A stretch of DNA of 64,000 nucleotides. It comes from Chlorokybus atmophyticus. Its lineage: Eukaryota; Plantae; Mesostigma and Chlorokybus algae. The position numbers and the translations under genes are program-made. Position 1 is the stretch's first letter. Each line of letters begins with the position of its first letter. The notes beneath the pieces are model-generated. The model ran no database searches, was not told the DNA's origin, and saw only the letters and a list, made by a program, of their open reading frames with translations. Below, piece after piece: positions 40,677-50,848 of this stretch. The stretch covers positions 299,702-363,701 of the forward strand of contig RHPI01002048.1 of the NCBI GenBank assembly GCA_009103225.1, written 5' to 3'.

Positions 40677-41649
40677 TGTGACTCTGCACACACAAAACGC
40701 TAAGAACTGACTGGACTAAATGAACAGCAACACACGCACACGCACAGGTCGGCTCTGCACACACATGCATATGCCAACTCTCATTGTGCATGCGCGAGCA
40801 CCCCCCCCCCCCCCCCTCCCCACACACAGCCTTTACGCTCACACACACGCACTCACTCGGCACACACATGCACAACACATGAACGGAGTCCGTCTCTGCA
40901 CACATAGAACCAACACACACTGACACATACACGCACGCACGCTGACTCTGAATCTGCACACATAATGACCCCTGCGCTCACGCACACACATGGACACGTA
41001 CGCATGCCTACCTGCCGTTGCCGACTTGCAAGCAGCTGTTCCCACCCACATGCTGCCCCCCACCGCCGCCACCCACCACGCCGCCTTTTAGGCCGCCTCG
41101 GCCGCCTCCCGTGTGAGCAAACCCTACACCAGTATCGCGGGAAACGACGCAAACTTTTGTTAATCTCACTGCCAAAAACATAGTCTGAACCCGGCAGTAA
41201 GATTAAGGGGGACGATTGCTTAACATGTGCTAACGTGGCAAGGTTAGGCGCTGTTAACCTTCGCACCTTTAACCTTAGATGTAAAGACCCTCTTAATTCG
41301 CAAGGCGCGGGGGCCGCGACCTGCCCTGGTCCAGCCGCACGGAACCCGTGCTGCACCACAGTGGTTCACTAGTTCGCAGACTGAGAGGCGAGCGACCAGC
41401 CTTCAGTCAGGAGGCTCGAGGGGTCTCAGTCTGCTATTCATTGCATAAGGCATTCCGACGCGATTTACTCCGTGATGACGTAATGATACAGCGACTGCTA
41501 ACGGTTGTCACTCTGATGTGACGTTCATGGGTATGGTCTGGTGTATCGGTCAGAGATGTGTGTCGGCGACTGACAACGCGATGACAGTCGATAATGTGTG
41601 CTCGATTGACGTCTGCGTCGGCATTGAGCGGCGTCATTGGAGTTGGATG

Positions 41650-42534
41650 CTAACATGACAGGAAGGAGCGAAGGTTTTGACGCCAGTGAGAGGTTGTAGG
41701 CTGAGGGTGGCGGCGGCAGTGTTGGCGGTATGGCTGGGGTTGTGGGTGGTGGCGCAAGCGGGGGCGGCCGTGGTTGGCGCAGCGAGAGCAGCGGTGAGAA
41801 CGGGGCCGGGGCAGCGCGGCTGTCCAAGCGATCATGGATATAGCGGCGTGGTTGCAGCCTGTTGGCGAAGGTTGCAATTGTCATACCGCCATGCGTGCTG
41901 GGGGTCCCCGGGGGGATCGGCGTCCTGCGCGTGTGCGGATGTCCGGAGTGCATCTGATAAGTGCGGATCTCCGGAGTGTCCAAGCAGGCGCGACACCAAC
42001 TTTGCCTTTCCCTTCATGTGTCAGGTATGGTTGTGATCTCAGTGTTGCCTGTGAGCAATGATGTGTGTTAGTGTGCTTAGAATGTTTGTCATATGCATGC
42101 AGGTGACTCTGCGGGGGATGATTCTGTGGCCCCGTGAACTTGAGTGTGGCGACCTCGAGACCCTCCACTTGGTTTTCTGCAATGGCTTTGAGTTGGCAAT
42201 GTCGTGTCACGCTGAGGAACCTTGCGCTGATGTGTGGGGCCCAGTGCTGCCGGACATTGTGAGTGTAGAGCATTTTGTTCATGGTGTGCCTCAAGCTCGG
42301 GCACTTTTTCAAATGGGAGACGACTCTGGCGCAGGTATTGCATGGAGCACACCGTGTAGCGGTGTTTGTATCATACGCTGTGATTGCAAGTTAACCTGCA
42401 TGCATGACCCTATTCTAATTGTCAATCTTGTGTATGTTTTGAACCCTGTGCAGGCAAGCGCTTGGCATGGCTGGACTTGGCTGCACGGGCAAGCGGTTAC
42501 ATGAGCGCTAGCCATGCCCAAGACTGCCAGTGAT
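41650..42534 (+). pseudogene. Small Gly/Cys-rich spliced ORF of unknown function, probably decayed
   Basis: Phase-consistent exons ...SPECPSRRDTNFAFPFMCQ|VTLRGMILWPRELECGDLE...MGDDSGA|GKRLAWLDLAARASG...CQ* with GT-AG junctions. The 5' part has stops. No family recognised. Confidence 0.3.
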
Positions 42535-42842
42535 TGCGACTACCATGAGTCACACGACTTCATGCAGCTTCCAAATAAGCAGGTGGACTGAGGCTGCTTG
42601 CTTCTAAGTGTTGTGTTAGTCTGCATGTGTTTGCTGCAGATATGTGGTAGTCTAGCCATGTACATGACATCCTGGGTAGTGTGTCTAACAATGTGTATAG
42701 TTGTGTGCGTTTGCTTTGTGTGTAATGACTTGCGGGTGGATGTCCATGTTCTAGCAGTGCGCATACAGATTGCATACATTGTACACAGTGTGATATAGCG
42801 TCGCAATGACTGACAATTGCTTTCAGCGTATGTCCTGGGGTG

Positions 42843-43334
42843 CTACCACGCTATGTCAGCAACCTGCACATGGTCCAACCATGCATGGACGTTGAATGTT
42901 GGCTCATCTTCTTCATCTGCTGACAGCTGATCTTTATCCTCATACTGAGTGGGGCGCATGTTCCCGTCCTGTGCCTCTGGGTTTTCTTCTGATTCTGAAC
43001 TACTAGTGTCTTCATCATCTGTCAACTTAGCTGATGGTTGTGTTTGTGTGGGCTCCACCTGCGTGGGGGCTTGGGTGTCTCCTTGATTCTGACGGTTGAG
43101 GCAGCCGCAGCTGGGCCCGCATCGGCTGCCATTCTTTCGGCATTTGCACTGCCTTGTATTGCATCTATTCTTCTTACAGTTGCAGCCATGCAACAAGAGT
43201 TGCGCTCTGATCTTGGCAGCTTCAATGGTCTCCGGAGTGTCGATCTGTGCCTTAAACAGCCCGTCCACAAGTACATATCCATACTCTAAAAGGGGTGGCA
43301 GCTGCAACTGAGCAGTACAGCTTTGCAGCCACAT
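42843..43334 (-). pseudogene. 3' end of Academ-like transposase/XPG gene (Cys-rich zinc-finger tail), separated from its 5' part by the 14.5-kb insertion
   Basis: MWLQSCTAQLQLPPLLEYGYVLVDG...LLHGCNCKKNRCNTRQCKCRKNGSRCGPSCGCLN followed by an acidic tail. It joins in frame to ...LELHAKRSIWVVA at 57863. Confidence 0.75.
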
Positions 43335-43520
43335 CGTCGCAATATGTTTTCCCTGCCGTCCGACTAAATAATGGCAACGGCCGTGCACTTGAGGACACTA
43401 ATTTAGACTGTCGTGGCTCAGGCCACCTGTAATCTTGATACAGGGACCTAATAATAACTTTCGTTACTGTAAGGCCCTTTTTGTTACTATTTAGTCTTTA
43501 ACAGTTGACTATGCCTAACT

Positions 43521-43800
43521 AACAGGCGCCTGTTAATCACCTATCAGGCCTTAACAGGTGACTTTATATAATTAACAGGCACCTCTTAGTCACACACCAG
43601 GCCTTAACAAATGACTTTGTGTAATTTACAGGCAACTGTTAGTTACACATCAGGCCTTATTAGGTGACTACAACAATCATAATCAACGGGCACCTGTAAG
43701 TTACACATCAGTCTTACATTGGTGACTCAGCCTATGTGACAGGCACCTGCAGGTTACACACCAGTCCAGCGCAGGCGACTAAGCCTAATTCGCAAGCACC
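43521..43800. repeat. Degenerate about 53-bp subterminal tandem repeats (about 5 copies) at the left end of the Plavaka element
   Basis: Unit about aacaggcrcctgttagttacacaycaggccttaacaggtgact starts at 43521, 43574, 43627, 43685 and 43738. Confidence 0.85.
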
Positions 43801-44160
43801 AACTAGGTAATTATCGACAAAATAAGGCATTCTTTAACAGCTGAAGGTGACTAATGCCTAACTGTCGTCATATGTATTTGCATAGCTTGACTACACGCAA
43901 CTGTCATTGACTTCCAGCATTGTTATGTGCCTGTGCTGTGTACATGTACCTGAAATGTGTACAGTGTCTCTCTAACACTTGCCAAGGCTTGTAGTTCGAT
44001 TATGTGACTCGAATGCAGTTCTGTTGTATATCATAGGGATGCAAGTATTAATGTGCATGAGCATAATGACGATTGACTGAGCTGGTTTAAGATGCACAAC
44101 ACTCAGTCACAAGAGCCTTGTAGCTATGTACACTACCAGCTAAACGGACTACCAACTGCG

Positions 44161-45989
44161 CTACAGCTCCTCTCCATCATCGCTTTGCTCGTCATTACGG
44201 AACAAAGCACCACGCGCTGGGGCATGTGGAGGAGACGCCGGAGCTTGCTCTTCCTCCTCAAACGGTTGTGCCAGCCAATCAAATGCCGCTTCTGCCTCAG
44301 CGAGCGGGTCACGAGCTGCTGTCTCTTGCGGCCGGCGCCGATTGGGATCTTTCAGGTATTCGACACAAGATGCAGTGCGGCGTTTCACAAGGGTGAATGG
44401 CTGGAGGGTTGCGTACCGTTGCCTCATCTCCCGCTTCATTGACATGTTCATGGTGTTGATTTCGCTGAGGTACTCTTCATGTGTGTCTATGCTGGCAGCT
44501 AGGAGAGGGTCTCCATCCTTGCCCTTCATAATGCGCTCCACCTGCGCAGTTTACAGGCATGTCTTAGTGGCATCGAAAGCCACTATTCACTGCAACGCGT
44601 CTGCAAGCCTGTAGTTTTGGGGCTACAGCACTCCTGAATTGCTAATGCTGGAGTTCAGAGTGCTCACCGTAAGCAACAGGTATGCGAGGTGGTTGACTGT
44701 CGGCTGCCGGCGACCAGGTGTAGTGACGGCGTAAGACCAGCATTGCACGATCATTTGCCAAATTATGGGATTGCCTCATTCATAGATGTGTCTCCTCCGC
44801 TCCGGGTCTGCAGTGTCGGTCACCTCAAATCTCCGCCATGACTTGTCTGCGACAGTCATACCGACAAGGTATTAGTCACGAAATAGATAGTTCAAGTTGA
44901 GCCTGCACCAGGCTAGAATAGTGCCTGTGACTTACTTTGGAGCGCGTTGCGCATCTGAGCTTTTTGGGTCTCGGGGTCCATTAGGGCGTCGATGTGCCTG
45001 ATCGAATTGGTTACAATAGGCGAGATGAGTACGTGTGTATGGAGGCTGAGTAAGAAGGCAGTGTTGCATAGCAGACATGGTGGTAAGGGACCCAACTCAC
45101 TTGCGCTTGTTGCTGTTAAACAATGTCCACTTGTACTCCTTCTCAAGAACATGCTTGATCTTGGTGACGTTCTCAGACCGGACCTGCGTAGCTTTCTTCA
45201 GGGCGACACTCCAGTGGAAGGGGCGCTCCTTGGGAGTCCAGTACACCTCATAGAACTTGGCCTCATCGGCCTCGTCGTCATGGTCGAAGCCAACTACCTG
45301 TCACGGGCAGGTTGGTCAGTGTCACAGTGCAGTGCGGTCATGAAGCATTCACAGCACCTGACACATGACGTTACGAATAGTGTCCTCCTTGGGATAAATG
45401 TGGCTCTCTACCCAGTGGCCGTTTATGATTTTAACGACGGCATCTCGCAAATGCTGTCCACAGAAGAACAATTTGTTACACACATACACACAGTGTCACA
45501 GTGTCACACAGTGCTTACCTCGTTGCCAATCTTCCACTTGCTTGGGGAAGGGTTGCTGACGGCCGAGGTTGCCACGTCACGGCCAAATGCGTTTGGGTTG
45601 GGGGTTCCAATCGACCCTCTGCAAGCACAACCACATGAGTCATGCTGCCAGCCATGAAAGATGCAACCCTCACAGTTGCAAAAGAAGAACAACGTGCACA
45701 GTGTATCCAGAACGCATGCAGTGAGTCACTGTGCTAGTCATGATAGAAGCAAGCATCCAAGTTAGAAGTTGAGCAAGAAGCAACGTGCACAGTGCAGCAA
45801 GAACGCATGCAGTCTAGCTTGCCCTTGCGACTGCGGTGTTTGGTGGAGTTGTTGTGATGTGCTGGGCGTTAGCGCGGGGTCTTGCTGCGATTGGTTGGCG
45901 ACGGTTGCCTGGTTGAACACTGGGGGCAATGTGGACAACTGGCGCCGACCTCCACGACGAGGTGCACTTACGGATGGACCACGAGGCAT
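44161..45989 (-). pseudogene. Orphan multi-exon cargo gene of the Plavaka element (unknown function; one premature TGA)
   Basis: Phase-consistent exons MPRGPSVSAPRRGG... / GSIGTPNPNAFG...KWKIGNE / HLRDAVVKIINGHWVESHIYPKED / VVGFDHDDEADEAKFYEVYWTPKERPFHWSVALKK / ... / WRRFEVTDTADPERRRHIYE*GNPIIW / VERIMKGKDGDP...DDGEEL*. The first intron is probably GC-AG. Confidence 0.6.
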
Positions 45990-46299
45990 CTCTCCAACTG
46001 ATAGTCGGGTGCCGCCTGTTTAGCTGTAAGTGGCGCTGCCGCCTCCAACGCTGCCGCCGCCAGTTGGCCCGCCCGAAGGTATGAGGCGCGAAAACGAAAA
46101 TGAGGCGGTTTTGAACGTGAGTCCCGCACTAGAGTCGCACTTGTAGTGCGTCCTTGCTCCTATGGTTGATGGTACGACTTATGCATTCGTGCCATGCATG
46201 CTTCGTACAACCATTGTTACCAATGGTTGTGTCGTAACATTTATGGTACGACAGAGGCATCTCTCGTCCAACCCCAGCGATTGCCGTACAATGGCTCTA

Positions 46300-46319
46300 T
46301 CGTACCATGCATGGTACGA
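46300..46319. promoter_or_regulatory. Perfect palindrome TCGTACCATGCATGGTACGA within a GTAC-rich intergenic cluster (about 46165-46330)
   Basis: Seen directly. It lies between divergent cargo genes. The regulatory role is inferred. Confidence 0.5.
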
Positions 46320-46429
46320 CAGAGGCATTGCTCGATCAGCCCAAATGGGAGTTAGCATGCACTCACCCAAACACGCTTCATTGATGGCCGGATAATGGCA
46401 CGCAGGGGCACCAGGTCGATGACGGGTCG

Positions 46430-49400
46430 AATGTCAGGCTTGATGGGCCTGGGTTCGACTAGGAGGCGGAGGACCAGGAGTCGGAGGCGGCGGCGGCGGC
46501 GTGGCACATCTTGCGAGAAGTTGTGGTCGTAAGAGTTCAAGCAGCGAAGCCAGCTACTACCGGTCGCCACGTCATGGATCATGGCAGGCGTCAGCAATGG
46601 GGCTGTCCAACATGCATCACCAACATTGGACAAACCAGCAGGCAAGCCATTAAAGACCATCTTCACACAGAGAGCTGCTTGGTGGCTCGCTTTCTGCAAC
46701 AGGGAGTGGATCAGGAGCTGCAGTCCTTTGAGCCCCTTGTCAGAACTATGCGGGACCAATTGCGGCTGTGGGAACAAGCACAAAGGAATGCAGAGGTACG
46801 CTCAACAGTCACATGCATTTCCTTGCAAGAGCAATTTGTTTTTTAGCGCAGTCCATGTGATATATGTAGCGTGGCTGCAGGCCTCCACTATTCACCCATA
46901 CCCACCCTACAGTCAAGCCGACATTGCGGAAGCAAGAGCAGATAAGATAGAGCTGGGCGGCGGTATGTTGTTGTCAATCTCGCTGTGCATGTTGACTGCA
47001 ATGTCGGCTTGAATGCATGCCTACCTTTGCATGCTAGGATGTGCGTGAGCGTGCGAAGTCGCGCGCGCGTGCCGAACGAAGTAGGCTGGGTTTGAGCACA
47101 GGAGCGCGTGGCCATTCGTCCGGCATTCAACCAATAGTGCATCAACCAGCAATGACGCAGTCCATGCAATCATTCGTGCATCAACCAGCAATGCCGCAGG
47201 TGACTGTTCGAAGCAACCAACTGATGACGGTGTGACGCAGTTGACTATTGCAATTGCAGTGTCGCAAGCATGCAGCTAACCCACATGTGATTGGTTGACA
47301 GCACCACAGTGCACTAAGTCCTGTTGAAGCTCCTATGCAAGCCTGGATTCAATCCCACCAACTGGTCCTTCAATCCCACTTGCTGATGGGCGCGGCGGCA
47401 ATGCGGCATCAGTTTAACATGCATGTTGGCCTGTTGAATCCCGACATGTCCATTGGGGCCGTGGCGCATGATGTGCCCATGGCTCACGAACTCCGTGACG
47501 AGTCTGCGATCGAGGGTGGCGAGGAGAGTGCACCCAACCACCTTGTCAGCCCCCATGGCTTCCCCTGCTCCATGCAGCTCACGGGCCATTGAGGTAAGTC
47601 GCTGTCTTTTATGCTCGTGCCTTGGTAACAATGCGTCAGGCACTGCATAAGCTTATATTCGTCCTTNGCAACATTGTGAGCCATCTTATCCTGGGTCCTG
47701 TATATAGCCCCCCTTGCTGCATGCACAAGTGGTCTCACCTGCAGCTCCTGCTCCCCTCCCAGCCAGAGCGCAACCACTTTCCGCGGCACCAGTCCTTCGT
47801 GCATTGCCATCTCCGCCACGAGCAGCACCGGTGATTGCGGGGCAACAATCCTTCTTGCCACCACCGGCGAGACCACAGCACAATGCAACAGCTGATGTGG
47901 CTTCTGCACCTACCTTACCCCACCCGCTGCAAATTAAAGCCGGCAGTCTGCCCCAAACTCAGGTACTTTATCAGTCACTGTGACTCTTGCCGTCCACAGT
48001 TGGACACACCATGTGAGTGCTGTATGCGCATGCAGCAGGGGTCACCACCTGCCAGCGAGTCATCAGAGGAGCTGGCCGCAACCCGCATACGGCCATCAGT
48101 CATGCTAGGTGGCCAGCTCGCCTCATGGGACCACTTCAATGCGCCAACGGATGGTAATTGCTTCTACCATTGTGTATATTGCGCCAGGCCATTCATAGCG
48201 CAAAGTGTCCTGGATGATCACAAGTGCCCCAGCTCGAGCAGATTTTGGGCCATGCTGGACACCATGGACAACGACGACAGGGGGCACACTCTCCGCAAAA
48301 ATCACCGCCAAGGCTGTCGATGCAGGCGTGGCGAGCAGAATCCTAGACTTCTGCAGAGCCACTGGTGCCGCGGGAGAGATGGCGCAGTATTACGACAAAC
48401 TGCCTGCGACCATGTTGGCTGATATCAACTGCAACATTGACCTAGCCATGGCCAAGGTGCGACAGATCGTGCGGAGAAAAGATGTGTACGTCGAGCACCT
48501 GCAGATGACCATGTTTGCCAACAAGCTGGGCTTGTTGATTGGCTGCGTGACCGTTCAGCGCGAGCATGGGGAGTGGGTGCCACGGCCCGGCAGCGCAGTT
48601 TGGGTTGGAAATAAAGAAGCCCCCAACTCAGTCCTGGTGGTGGGCAACACTGCTCCTGATGAGCCAGAAGCACACTTTTGGCTCCTCAAGCCTGCAAGCA
48701 CCGAACAGTGGTCATGGCCTATGCATGAAGTGCCACCGGAGGTAACACACCTGATCGGAGAGTGGCGGAGTGGCGTTGCCAATTCCGCTACCACCGGCTG
48801 TGACCCAAAGTGCTGCGCCAACGCCTCAGGCCTCGCCTTCGTGTGCTAGGCAAGAAGTAGCCGAGTGTTCTGCACAACCTGCCTCCCCTCAACCACAGCC
48901 ACATGCTCGCAATCCCAATTCAGCACCCTCTCTTCCTGCCGCGGAGACTCACTTGCCACCGCACTCTGACCATCCGGAGGCATCTCCATCAAAAAGCAGC
49001 TGTAGCTCGCCCTCTCCCTCTAAGCTTGCCACATTGATCCCAGCCTGTCTTGTTGGTAAAGAGATTGATCGAGGTGTCCTGAAAGCTGCGCTGAAAGACA
49101 AAGGCTTCATGCTCGACCTCATGAAGCAACATGAGGTCGTGGAGGAACGGGAGGCAACCAACAAGCGCAAGGCTGTGGAGCAAGAAGATAACGCCTTACC
49201 TCCTCTGAGTGACAGTGCCACGGAGAGCGCCTGCCAGGATGTGCAGGGTGACAAAAAAAAAAAGAAGAAGGTTGTTGGAACAAAGGGCGCTGACAGGATT
49301 AAAAGGGGCTGACTGTGTGTCCTGAGTAGGCACAGGCGGGTTTACAGCGTCAAGTGGTTGCTCAGCATCGTCCAGAGAGACAGCCGGTGCGGCACGAGCT

Positions 49401-50365
49401 GCCTAAGCTCAAAGCACCGACGCGCAGACGCTTTGGGGGGCTGACTCGTAGTGCAAAGGAGTTGATCACCCTACAGTACGCCCAAGACGCGCTGCATCAC
49501 CGCATGCGGCATGCCTCGAGGTGGGTGACGAAAGTTTGCAATAAGTGGGAGCAAACGCGGAGAATGCGGTCTAAACAGACCTCTGGGGATTGGCCGTGGT
49601 TGGAACCCATACACGATATGGCCATCCGTGGTACGTTGTTGCCCCTCGCCGTCCTCGATATGATGGTGCTGTTGCTGCCGCAGCACCCCGGCAATGTGCA
49701 AGAGCTATCTGCGGAGCAGAACTTCGACCTGCTGCAGCAGATGTACCTGTCGATGTCGACTAATGCGGGTCGAGATGTGTGCCACTACCTGAGCAAACAT
49801 ACTGGGTGGCAAGTAAAACCATTCGAGCTGTACTTGGCATGCTTTGGCTGGCAGTGGCTGTATGTCATACGGCACGTCGAGCTGATTCTGTGGAAGCTCG
49901 AAGAAAATGACGATGCGGGGGAGTACACGAGTGACGACAGCCATGTCGAGGGCCTGGATGAACGCATGCTGGACGAGACCACCAAGACCAGCAGGTGGTG
50001 TATGGCGTCAGGTGGGCGTCAGGTGATTGAGCAGGCAGTGGAGCGTTATGCTGCGCCATTTAGATGGGTGTCGTTACGCCTGCGACGCGATAACAGAGTT
50101 TGGTGGCAGAGGCAGCTTGCACACCCGCGTGCACCATGTGTGCTGATTTGTCGCATTGAAGAGCCACCCCCCCCCAGCGGATGGGGAGACGCCCTGTTGC
50201 AAGAAAGCGATGTGCCATGTCTGCATCATAGCACATCAGAAGACTGTGGCAAATAAATCAAAGAATCTACAAGCGTGTCCATTCTGCAAGCAACCTCACC
50301 CGTTTTGGTCGCCACGCCTGATGCAAGACGCCAACGTGTCGGCGGTGATTTGGCCCCCGCCTTGA
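46430..50365 (+). pseudogene. Cargo gene(s): N-terminal C2HC zinc finger, OTU-like cysteine protease domain, C-terminal RING finger; frameshifted
   Basis: WGCPTC...SRQAIKDHLHTESC at about 46600. OTU Cys motif APTDGNCFYHC (Cys 48159-48161), helix VYVEHLQMTMFANKLGLLIGCV and His motif PEAHFWLL (48673). RING PCVLIC...TPCCKKAMCHVC...ACPFC is broken by a shift at the C9 run 50167-50175. Whether this is one gene or two is not resolved. Confidence 0.6.
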
Positions 50366-50689
50366 TGCCAATTGTGCATGTATTGTAGTTTTGTGTTGGC
50401 TTCCTGTGAACCATGTAGGTACATGTATAGTTGCAGCATGGTGCATGGTGCACCAGAGATCTGCTGTTGTTAGAAGCATTGGCTGTACATGTGTATGATG
50501 ACTGCCCGGCGCATGAGTCAGTGCATGGCTTGCATACCTCGCTGGTTTAGAGCGTGGTTGACAGCAACAAACTCGGACAGCGCTCTGGGTTCCATGGCAT
50601 GACAGCACAGTATTACTCTATGATCGTGGTAGTATGCGAGAATCCTTGTACTGTAGTACCATTAACAGATGGAGTACCATTCATGTTGA

Positions 50690-50713
50690 TGCAGTACCAT
50701 GCATGGTACTGCA
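50690..50713. promoter_or_regulatory. Perfect palindrome TGCAGTACCATGCATGGTACTGCA upstream of the Tudor-MTase gene
   Basis: Seen directly, with further AGTACCATT copies at about 50655 and 50673. The regulatory role is inferred. Confidence 0.5.
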
Positions 50714-50848
50714 ATAGCGTATAAGGTACAGTCGTGCTTCACTTGAAGTTTGACCCATTTAGGGTTCGTAAGCTGGCAACCCTAAATTGATGCCCATACC
50801 CTAAAGTCTCGCTCAGTTTGTGGGCAGCCGTGCCGATTCCTATTTTGC

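Larger units (their letters stand above)
36583..41293. mobile_element. PIF/Harbinger DNA transposon, apparently complete and autonomous (4.7 kb)
   Basis: 23-bp TIRs AGAGGGTCTTTACACCTAAGGTT (36583-36605) and AACCTTAGATGTAAAGACCCTCT (41271-41293), one mismatch. Flanks reconstruct the empty site ctcTAAttcg, compatible with the TAA target of PIF/Harbinger. It contains convergent Myb/SANT and DDE nuclease genes. Confidence 0.93.

Noticed and set aside
42799-42815. Second CGTCGCAAT resembling the Plavaka terminus
   Set aside because: Only a 9-bp match, which is plausible by chance in 64 kb. There is no adjacent AT duplication, no partner end and no subterminal array.
43521-43800. CRISPR-like array (also considered for the 179-bp repeat at 37790-38340)
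   Set aside because: The units are contiguous degenerate tandem repeats without unique spacers, the context is eukaryotic, and no cas genes are present.
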